Shown in pieces: positions 9,658-19,467 of a stretch of DNA of 64,000 nt. Within the stretch, counting starts at the first letter, position 1. Each line of letters begins with the position of its first letter. Source of the DNA: a virus (taxonomy: Duplodnaviria > Heunggongvirae > Uroviricota > Caudoviricetes); the IMG/VR virus record IMGVR_UViG_3300013902_000267; one strand, written 5' to 3'. A program made the position numbers and the translations under genes. The notes below the pieces were generated by a model, which was not told the DNA's origin, did not search any database, and was given only the letters and a program-made list of their open reading frames with translations.

Positions 9658-10149
9658 ATGGCAACAAATAAAAAGAATACAGTTAAGAAGTATATGCTTT
9701 CCCAAAATTTACCTTTTGGTAATTTAAAAGCAGGCATGATTTTCTCTTATGATACTATTACAAAAACTGCGGTATTTCCAAATGGACAAGAGATCTCACC
9801 ATTTGATGTAACAGATAAGAATTTCGTTAAGTCTGTCGCAGATGTAAAGTTTAATGTAGGTGATTGTGTCATTTATCATACACGATTGTATAAGATTACT
9901 GATATTAACTATGTAACAGGTCGTTGTAAGCTTTTAGAGTTTTACGCAAATAAAGAGGTTGATTTTGTAAGTCATTCTGTATTGACAGCAGCACAAGTTT
10001 ATTGGTTTGTTAATTCGTCTGGAACTGTTTCATCATCATATATTGGCAAACAACCAGATGCAGACTTATGGAGAGCAAAAACAAAGAACATGTTTAATAC
10101 CAAGGAGGAGTGTCAGAAGTATAAGAATATTGTTCTTAAAAGTAAATAA
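9658..10149 (+). CDS. hypothetical protein
   Basis: Track ORF of 163 aa. Confidence 0.55.
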   Translation: MATNKKNTVKKYMLSQNLPFGNLKAGMIFSYDTITKTAVFPNGQEISPFDVTDKNFVKSVADVKFNVGDCVIYHTRLYKITDINYVTGRCKLLEFYANKEVDFVSHSVLTAAQVYWFVNSSGTVSSSYIGKQPDADLWRAKTKNMFNTKEECQKYKNIVLKSK

Positions 10150-10198
10150 AGAATATTTTTCAAATTTAAAATTTTAAATTAATATTTTATTTAACTCT

Positions 10199-10236
10199 TA
10201 AAGAGATTTGTAGTGATTACAAGTCTCTTTTTTCTT
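10199..10236 (+). terminator. rho-independent terminator
   Basis: AAGAGATTTGTA / TACAAGTCTCTT hairpin followed by a T run. Confidence 0.5.
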
Positions 10237-10269
10237 TTTAATAAATATATAAAATATAAAAGAAGTATT

Positions 10270-10863
10270 ATGCCAACAATGATGCCATTAATGGATAAAG
10301 ATACCGTAAGATATATAACATAGAATATTACACCAGAAGAAACTAAATATGTAGCTGATATAAAATCTACTATTGATGATACAAAGTGTGAACCAGAGAA
10401 ATGTGATGATGTTATATATCTTACTAAGATTATCGCTTTTTATACTAAATTTACAAATCTTGCAAATACAACACCTAATAATCAATATAAGATGCATATT
10501 CAAGATTTTATGTGGAGATTACAGCAATATAAGGAAGATATATTTGAAGTTGTTCAATCTATCATAGGAGTTTTAAATGGTTCCGATATTACAAAGATTG
10601 AATTACCTATAAGTGATAATCCATTAGAGATTATAAATGAATTAAAACAATGTGTACAAAATTGGTTTACACTTCATACAGATGATATTGAATATGAAGG
10701 CGCTAGATCATTAACTAGTTCATTCCTTTCTGTAATTCATAAGTTTGTTTACCTTTTTAGATTAGATAAATGCTCGACTGCTGATTATGGTCAGGATTAG
10801 AAATTACCAAATCCTGATGCAGGATTATGTGGAGTAAACGGAGCATATGCAGTAAATTTTTAA
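10270..10863 (+). CDS. late-module hypothetical protein (2 in-frame TAG)
   Basis: ATG upstream is in frame with track ORF 10492-10800. Only TAG interrupts the frame and it ends at TAA. Confidence 0.55.
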
Positions 10864-10874
10864 TATGATATAAT

Positions 10875-11828
10875 ATGAATCCTATAAATCAACCATCATC
10901 TAGAAATTACAATATCAATGGTAGTACAAGAAATAATGGGTTCTTATATAAAATTATGCCTTTATCATTTAATTTACAATAGAGAGGAAATGATTTTAAA
11001 GTTAAAAAATACAATAAGTGTAAATTTAATATCGGCGATAATGTAAGAGGATTGTGTTTGGAAGATAAGAAAGAACATTCAGGACGAATTACTAATATCT
11101 TATACAGTACAAATACAGAAGTTCCTTATTTAGTTTATATCATTGATAATAAGACAAGATAGAAATTATCATTAAACTTTAGTTCGCTAGAATTTAATAA
11201 TTCTAAAATTGATGAGTCATATGGGTTTGATGTTGCCATTAAACTATATGAAACATTAAATAAAGATAAATATAATAAATTAAAACTTTAGAATAGAATG
11301 GTAAATTCAATAAAAGTTTTACTTGAAGAATATTTTAATAATACAGAACAAATGGATATGTTGTTAAATGATTATTAGAAACAACAGAAAAAAGCAAGTA
11401 AAGCATATGATTCACGTCAAGAGTTTTTAAAATCAATATTAGGTAAAGTAACATATAACAAATATCAAAATAAAGGTATGTTTGCTCCTATTCCTTTATC
11501 TGCATTGCATTTAACATTCGAAGATTTTTATTATTTGTTTCCAGAGAATAATATTAAGATGAGACCAATGGATAATGAAGCAGGTGTAGAGAAAGTAAAG
11601 AAACTTATTGCACGTATTAATAAGGAATATCCTAATAACGGTATTAGATTGTTAGATAATGGTGTTTCTTATACATTAAGTTCAAATCTTGTATTTAAGA
11701 GATTAGATAATATAATTGATTTTTTATAGATAATTCAGAAAAATGTTTTGAGGATTTCATCTGATAAAACAAATCCAACAGTTAATTGGAAGGCGATGAT
11801 AAAGAAATTCAGAAATTATCTACGATAA
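10875..11828 (+). CDS. late-module hypothetical protein (about 6 in-frame TAG)
   Basis: ATG 10875 is in frame with track ORF 11478-11729 (603 nt apart). All intervening stops are TAG and the frame ends at TAA 11826-11828. Confidence 0.65.
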
Positions 11829-11861
11829 TCAAATAAGTAAAATAAATTAATTAAAATAATA

Positions 11862-12365
11862 ATGATGATAACTACAAACATAAGTAACATTCCAGACGCA
11901 TGGGATGGTTATTTTGAACAATAGGTTAATAAGTTCACGCCTTCTGTTGAAGTTCCTAAGCCTTGGAGACATCCGGTTGGACCTGAACCTATGATGAAAC
12001 CTTGCAAGCATCATAAGACATAGTTTATTATAAAACATAAACCTGCTACATTACCAAATGGACCAGAACATGGATGTAACGTATGTGATCCATATCATCC
12101 AAATTTGTATGATCATATGAATATGCCTTGTTTTAATCAACATAAACCATATGGTATCGCTACTAATAGATTAATGAGTCCATTTGAAGATGATGATAGA
12201 CCTGATTGGCATGAATTCCATGCTAAGAATCGTAAACCTATGATGTTTGAAGAAGTTATAGATGAAAATGGTTGTTCACATGGTCCTCATGGAACAATTA
12301 ATGTTAGACCAGTTGAACCTGCTGATGATGAAGCAGATGAGATTGAAGATGAAGTAACAGTTTAA
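11862..12365 (+). CDS. His/Cys-containing protein with acidic tail (2 in-frame TAG)
   Basis: ATG 11862 is in frame with track ORF 12105-12365; CKHHK, GCNVCDPYHP and GCSHGPHG motifs. Confidence 0.65.
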
Positions 12366-12398
12366 AATGAAAATTAATTAATGATAGAAATATAAATT

Positions 12399-13166
12399 AT
12401 GCAAACATCAAGTAAAGTTTCATACGATAATTGGAGTGATTGGAATTTAGGAAATTAGATAATGAATATAAGACCTGTTGGTACATATTGCTTCTGTGAA
12501 CATCATCATTGTCACCATCATCATCCTTGTGATTGTGTAGATTGTGAATTCTCAGAATCATATATTAAACCAGAATCTTGTTGTCATCATCATCCGCATC
12601 CACCAGTACCATGTCCACCACATCATTGTGATTGTCATGATCCACATTTATTTCCAATTGATCAAGATAATGATGGATTTGTAGAAAGTGATATGATTCA
12701 TAAACATCCAGAACCATATATTCCAGAACCATTACCAGGAGAAATTGGAGATAAAGAAGATGATACAACAAATAGAATGGAAGTAGGTGACGAAGTTGAT
12801 GATATTGATGATTCAACAAATTATTATGGTTCAAATTTAGTTGTAAGTATTCCTAAAGAAATTCAACCAGTAGAAACATCAGATGAAATTGATTCTATTT
12901 TAGATGAAGATACACAAGATGATATGGTAACTACTGATGAAGATGGTTATCATACATTAAGTGATGAAGTTCCAGCAGAAGAAGATAATTGGGAAACATC
13001 AAAAATGATTGATACTAATACATCTAAAATTATTGAAGAAACACCAGTTCCTGAATAGGAATTAAAGGAAGTTGAAACTATTCCATCTGTAGAATCAGTA
13101 GAAGAGAAACCCACACGTGGACGTAGAAGAGTTAATCGTGGAGGAAGACGTAAAAAAGAAGAATAA
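12399..13166 (+). CDS. His/Cys-rich putative metal-binding protein (2 in-frame TAG)
   Basis: ATG 12399 is in frame with track ORF 12462-13058. CFCEHHHCHHHHPCDCVDC...CCHHHPHPPVPCPPHHCDCHDPH; reads through TAG 13056 to TAA 13164-13166. Confidence 0.65.
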
Positions 13167-13188
13167 TTTTTATTCTATATATAATAGA

Positions 13189-13226
13189 AAAGAGACTTAG
13201 AACAAAAATACTAAGTCTCTTTTTAT
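13189..13226. terminator. bidirectional terminator between convergent genes
   Basis: AAAGAGACTTAG / CTAAGTCTCTTT hairpin flanked by A and T runs. Confidence 0.6.
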
Positions 13227-13262
13227 TTTTTATAAACATTCACATTTAATTTTACTATAAAA

Positions 13263-13889
13263 TTAAAGCATACATTCATCCCACCAGTCAGCGCGGAAAG
13301 TCATATCACAAGACATCAAATCTGTACTGTCATAATTAAGTGTAGGACCAGGTACACCTGTTGTAGGGAAAATGTAATAGAATACCCATTGCCAATATGG
13401 ATTACCAGCACGATCTTGCATAGTAATAGTCATTGATGGCGCCACGTAATCTTTCTTAAGGCCTTCACGACCTGTAAGAGGATCATAAATAAGGTCAACC
13501 CATTCACGAAGGAACTTATATGTGTAGTTCTCAGGTGAACCGTTATCATATGAAAGGTTAAGGTTAAAGTGTAATGTCAAGTCGACATTAGTTCTATCTG
13601 GTTTTGCACCAGCGAATGAACGTTGTGCAAATTTATACTTTTGCTCTGTTGCGTTAGCACCAAATGAAGTAGAAATCTGACCAACACTTTGTACACCTTC
13701 AAGAATAATATTCAAACGTTCATCATCTGTTGTATCAACCATACCTTGAGGACAACTTAATTGAACAGTAAACAAGTTCAAATATATAGGTTCCCATAAT
13801 GAGGTAGATACACGGCTATTTCTAAAATGTGATAATCCTAACAAACCTGGAGATTTCTTAGGTAAAGTAGGTCCATTTGTTACTGCCAT
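13263..13889 (-). CDS. tail tube protein (T4 gp19-like)
   Basis: IYLNLFTVQL near the N-terminus and a MTFRADWWDE C-terminus recall T4 gp19 PNLFQVEI ... TLALDYWE. TAG-free and visibly higher GC than its neighbours. Confidence 0.6.
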   Translation of the reverse strand: MAVTNGPTLPKKSPGLLGLSHFRNSRVSTSLWEPIYLNLFTVQLSCPQGMVDTTDDERLNIILEGVQSVGQISTSFGANATEQKYKFAQRSFAGAKPDRTNVDLTLHFNLNLSYDNGSPENYTYKFLREWVDLIYDPLTGREGLKKDYVAPSMTITMQDRAGNPYWQWVFYYIFPTTGVPGPTLNYDSTDLMSCDMTFRADWWDECML

Positions 13890-14042
13890 ATTATTATTAA
13901 AGTATATTTTATTTTATTTATCTGTGAAAAATAGGTAGATTAAATGTAGACAAAAATATTTTTTTATAGTATAAATTAAGAATTTAAAAAAAATAGAGAT
14001 AAATAATTAAGTTCAAAAAATAAATTTTAAATAAAGAAGAAA

Positions 14043-14216
14043 ATGAAGAAGATTTTATTTGTACTTGCTGCTGTTGTAACAATGAGTTTCGCTTCTTGTG
14101 GTAACAAGACTACTACATGTGGAACAGCAAATGATTCAACTGCAACAGATACTACAGTTGTTGATTCTACAGCTACAGATTCAACTGCAGCTGATTCTAC
14201 AGTTTGTCCTATGTAA
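14043..14216 (+). CDS. small lipoprotein with DSTA repeats (57 aa)
   Basis: MKKILFVLAAVVTMSFASC signal peptide plus lipobox, then a repeated (T/A)DSTA(T/A) motif. Below the track cutoff. Confidence 0.55.
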   Translation: MKKILFVLAAVVTMSFASCGNKTTTCGTANDSTATDTTVVDSTATDSTAADSTVCPM

Positions 14217-14389
14217 TTCATAAGACAAACTTTATTTTAGAGAAGATTATTGTGTAATTAAAATATAACCTAATATAAGGTTTATATTAAACTAATTTTA
14301 GAGATATACTAAATATATTCATTTATATTTGGTATATCTTTTTTTATTTAATAAATATTTAAAATTTATTTAACTGAATTATATAATAT

Positions 14390-15286
14390 ATGGCAACATG
14401 GAATCAAGCAGTTCAATAGATGGGTAAGTTTTATCAATAGAATATACATACATATCAAGGAGGTAAATCAGGACATGCGACAGGTGCTAGACGTTCTTAT
14501 TCATGTCCTTTAGTTGGACACAGTGTAGGAGATGATTGTTCAGGATTTACTTCTGCGTGTTTATAGTTATTTGGAGCATTTCCAGGCTCATATATTGTTT
14601 CATCTAGTGGTTTTGCATCAACATCTGGTGCAACAGCCGCATATTTAAGAAAAGCTGGATTTTCACCGTTAAGATATATTAGTTACTCATCTTTATAGCC
14701 ATATGATATTGTTGCAAGAAATGGACATGTTGAAGTATTTTGTGGTATGAAGGGAAGTTCACCAATGTCATACGCATGGGGAAATATTCATGATGGCATA
14801 AATGGACATGTTGGTATGCCATGTTGGTTTTCTAAACAGTCTTATTCTATTGTATGGAGAAATTCTGGTGTAAGTATAGATACACCATTAGATTTTTCTT
14901 CAGTGTCTGGCGGTTCATTACAACAATAGATGAATTCTGGATATGGTACAGGTGGAACATTAAATGGGTAGACAGGTTCATAGTTTAATTATACATCAAA
15001 TACATATCCTGTTCATGATGAATATGAAACTATTTCATCTGGTAATGGTTCAAAATCTGTATTTGAAATTGTAGGTGAAAATACATTACGTATGGCATAT
15101 ACAAATTCATCATATATACAACAATTAGATTCATCTAATTATTAGTTAAAAAATACTCGTATATATTCAACTAATGATGCATCTATAATATTAGATGAAT
15201 TATCAATACCATTAGATCCATTTGATACGAGTGTTAATACATTAGATTCAAGTGTTATTGATAATTCAGTTAAAACAAATAATTAA
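14390..15286 (+). CDS. NlpC/P60-type cell-wall peptidase (about 8 in-frame TAG)
   Basis: ATG 14390 is in frame with track ORF 14747-14929. DCSGFTSACL (Cys nucleophile) and NGHVEVF (His); ends TAA 15284-15286. Confidence 0.7.
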
Positions 15287-15292
15287 TAATAT

Positions 15293-16333
15293 ATGGCTGG
15301 CAAGAAATTACTTAATGGTGTTTATATAACAAAGAAAATAATGGAAGCTTTTAATCTTAAAGATTATCAGGCTGCTGGATTTGCTGGTTGTTTTATGGAA
15401 GAATCTGGTTGTGATCCCGGTGCATATAATGCCGCTGAAAAATCTGGAAGATTTAAAGGTTCATCAGCGAACGGTGCAGGTTATGGTGCAGGTCTTGCAT
15501 AGTGGTCTAATGCATGGAAACGGTAGATATAGAGATAGTTTAATAATTCAAGGCCTATAGAAAATTGGACATTAGATTAGCAAATAGCTATTGTTACTAA
15601 AGGCTGTTCATAGTCTTTTGTAAATTTATTAAGAAAATGTACATCAGTAGGTTAGTCTACAGATATTGTTTTAAGAGGATATGAAAATGGTTCTGCAGGT
15701 AAAGGTACTAAATTACGTTCATAGCAATCAATGAAAGCATATACGTGGTGTAAGACATCATATATGGCAGATGGTAGTAGACGTACGTTTAGTGATGGAT
15801 ATATTGGTGCATTAACATGTAGAACATCATGGGCTAATGCAGTTTTAAGTAAAATGGGATCAGTTAATCTTGCAGATTTATCCGGATTAGGAACAGAAGT
15901 AGGTGGAGGATTAGGTGATGATGGCTCTTTTGGTTCTACTGGTGGAGGAGGAACTGGAGATTCAAACGCATATCCTGTTCATGATGAATATGAAACATTT
16001 ACTGGACAAGGTGGAAATATATTTGCAAATGCAAAAGATAATGCATTTCAATTAGCTGCTGATGCATCAAAATCTAAATTTTCATCTAAAGATTCTGAAG
16101 CATCTAAGCATACACGTATATATTCTACAAATGATTCTTGTATTGTTTTAGATGAATTAAGTATACCATATGATCCAAATGATCCAACTATTGAATATGC
16201 AAATCAAAATGTAAAAGCGGAAGATGTTAAGAAAGATACATCTACTAATGCAAAAGATAATACTAAAGACACATCTACAAATAAAAGTACAAATAAATCT
16301 AATACTACAAAAAAGACAACTAAATCTAAATAA
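15293..16333 (+). CDS. lysozyme-like (phage tail lysozyme-type) peptidoglycan hydrolase (about 8 in-frame TAG)
   Basis: Track ORFs 15293-15502 and 15731-16333 are co-framed (438 nt apart) and joined only by TAGs. AAGFAGCFMEESGCDPGAYN ... GYGAGLA-TAG-WS motif. Confidence 0.7.
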
Positions 16334-16335
16334 TT

Positions 16336-19300
16336 ATGATTACAATAAATGGTATTAAATATTTAAAAAAAGGAGAGACATCAAATGATAAAACAATAAC
16401 GCATTATTATTATACAGATTCATTAAAGAAAACTTATAACATAATATATAATGGCAAAAATGCTAAATTATATACAGATACTAAAGTATACAAGGATTCT
16501 GATACAAATTAGATTATAAAGAAAGATTTCTTTAATTATACTATTGATTACGGAACAGGAAAATATGGAGGTGTTTGTTATTCAAAATCAGATGAAGATA
16601 AGATATTAGGTATGGTCGATTCTGATAGTAATATAGATGGAAGTTCTAATGGAGATTCTACAACTGATGGTGATAATAGTTCAAACTCTGGAAATAATTC
16701 TGATGATTCTGATAATAATGACGGTAATAGTTCAAATAATGGTAATGGAACAGGTGATGATACAAATGATTCTGATAGTAATGGATCTGGTAATAAAGAT
16801 ACTAATAATAAAGGTATATTTGAGGATTCAATGGGTAATAAAGATAAAGATAATCCTCGAAGTTCATTACCATTAGGAGCAGATATTAAAGATCCTGATG
16901 TTACAGGTTTTAGCATTGATGAAGTAACAGCGCCACATCCACGAGAAAACAATTGGTATAATAAAGGTTCTGTTTGTCCAATAATACGTATAAATGATCA
17001 TTATTTTTCTGATACTGAAATATAGCATTTTTCTATGGAAACTGGATATTATAAGAATTTTTATGATTATCAAGTATACCAAGCACCGTTAACAGGTGTT
17101 TTACCAACTATGAGGCTTATTGTTACAACAACAGATCCAGGTTTATTAAAGAAAGATTTTATAAAGCAAGGTGATAGATGTAATGTATTTTTCTAGAGTA
17201 ATCATTCTATGATTAAATCTATGAGATGTGATTTCAGAATTACTAATGTTGTAACAGATTAGTTAGATTAGACGTAGTATTAGAAATATCAAACATAGAT
17301 TATAACAGGTGAACTTTATGTCCCGGATTTAAGAAATGAAGAAACTCGTTATAATTTTAATGGTTCATCAAGAGATGCTATGATGGATTTGGCAAAGAGA
17401 TTAAGATTAAGTTTTTTCTTTTGTGATCCTGATGATACTAATGATAAAATGGTTTGGTGTAATTGTAAAACACCTGAAATGTTCATTCATGATTTAACAA
17501 CGCATGCATGGAAAAATTCTATATCATTCTTTGAATCTTGGATTGATCCACGTTATGGATTATCTTTTATGAATATTAATAGATTATTAGGTGAAGATGG
17601 ATTTGATGAATCAATAGATATGACATTCTGGACTAATACATTTATTAATAATAGATCAGTTGATGGAAAATCTGCAAATGAAACAGATACAGAATAGAAA
17701 AATAGTACACATATTCAAACAAAATGTTTTACTAATATTATTAATGATAATGAATCTGCTACAGTATATCATGTTAATAGTTGGAGATTGGTTAATAATG
17801 CATAGGAAATACAAGATTTTGTTGGATTGAATTGTAAAATGCAATATTCATCTGTTAATCCTGGATTATTATCAGATGAGAATAATAATCCAAATTATAG
17901 TGTAGAATTTTCATTATGTTTAAATAGAACTAAATTTGATCCAACTAAAAAGGATAATGATTTTTATGTATTATTAGGACCTGGTAGAAATATGACATAT
18001 GCGAGTGGCGATGCCGCCATGGGAACATCTGAAACACAATCTTCAAATAAAAATGAACCTGAACAAGTTACAAATCAAATGTCTGATGGTGATGCAGATG
18101 CAATGGATAGTACAGGAAATAATATGATGTCTTCTGGTAATACACATCAATTTTATGAAGTTGCTTATGAACATAATATGAGAAATTTACTATAGTTATA
18201 GAAATAGTATTTACTTGTAGAATTAAATGGTGCAAACTTAAGTATTGTTCGCGGTGAAAAAATGCCTATTGTATTAATGGATTTAAATAAAGCAGAACAA
18301 GCTATTAGAACTAGTCAAGCACGTACAAAAATAGAAGAATGTATGTATGAAGCTGAATCCGGTTGGTATATAATTGATGGTATTGAATGGGTTTTTGATC
18401 CTGATAATGATTAGGGACAAGGTACAAACTGGCGAACTAATGTGAAATTAGTTAGAAGAGAATGGCCAATACCATCAAAAATAAAAGATGCAAATGGTAA
18501 TACTGTTTCAAAAAATGTCGCAAATAGTATTGTTTTGGTAGATATTGGAAACGGACAATAGATAAGAATGGCTTATTATGATGCAGTAAAGAAATATAGT
18601 TAGGAAATAAAAAATGGTGATGTCAAAATATTAGGTGGAACAACATCTGAAGACGCAGTTGTAATTGGTCAGAAAAAACAAAACATATCTTCAACTAATG
18701 ATGAATAGAATTCAGATGATCTAGAAGAAAGTGGTAAATTATATACTGCAAATGGTGTAGAGACTGTAAGTGCAGTTAATTTTAATCTTGATTTAATGGA
18801 TCAATATGTAAAAGATTCTGATTATGTTGGTTAGTCTACAATACCTTTAACTGGTTTGAAAGATTTTATGAAAAATATTTATAAAACAATATTATCTGAA
18901 TCCGATAATAAATGTAAATTGGTATCTGGAAGACGGTGGGCAGTAGATGAATATGGTAATAAGGTAAATGGAAATGCGTTTGTAAAGAAATATGATTATT
19001 ATAAATGTATGAATGCTATAGGTGAAGTAATGTATTTTAAAAAAAATAATTCAAGTCATTTATATGGTGAAGCTATTGATATTATTAATAATGGTATAGA
19101 TTTTACTGAACTTATGACTAATGTAATAATGAAATCACCTGCGATATTAAAATTATTTTATGATAATGGTGTTTCTGCTTATATAGAGCAAGCAAAGGAT
19201 GATACAGGCGCAACTACTAAACATTACCATATTGGAACTGATACAATAAAACAACGAGAATTTTGGGAATCTGTTAAAGCTATATTAGGTTCTGATATGA

Positions 19301-19425
19301 TTCCAGGAACTATGATAACATTTATGAACTATATGACAAAAAATACATAGAGAACAACAGAATTCTCTGTAAGTAGTGAAATAGACGAAAACACATTACA
19401 AAAAAATAGTAATAATGATAAATGA
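16336..19425 (+). CDS. large tail/baseplate-associated protein with C-terminal M15-type peptidase (about 19 in-frame TAG)
   Basis: Track ORFs 16612-17025, 17380-17697, 17827-18195 and 18856-19350 all share the frame of ATG 16336. N/D/S/G-rich low-complexity region; SSHLYGEAIDI...HYHIGTD zinc-peptidase motif; ends TGA 19423-19425. Confidence 0.7.
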
Positions 19426-19429
19426 AAAT

Positions 19430-19460
19430 AAGGGAATAGATATTTGTAATCTATTCCCTT
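19430..19460. terminator. bidirectional terminator between convergent genes
   Basis: AAGGGAATAGAT / ATCTATTCCCTT perfect 12-bp hairpin. Confidence 0.6.
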
Positions 19461-19467
19461 TATTATA

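Noticed and set aside
10288-10567. Track ORFs 10288-10503 (minus) and 10373-10567 (plus)
   Set aside because: They are low-complexity alternative-frame products inside the recoded gene 10270-10863. My reading of the printed bases here also differed by 1 nt from the track, so base-level claims in 10150-10440 are avoided.
14027-14221. Track ORF on the minus strand (64 aa, VAVES repeats)
   Set aside because: It is the antisense image of the plus-strand lipoprotein gene 14043-14216. That gene has a proper signal peptide and lipobox, and the VAVES repeat simply mirrors the DSTA repeat.
16578-17082. Track ORFs 16578-16952 (minus), 16637-16876 (plus) and 16873-17082 (minus)
   Set aside because: They are alternative frames of the N/D/S/G-rich low-complexity segment of the large protein 16336-19425.
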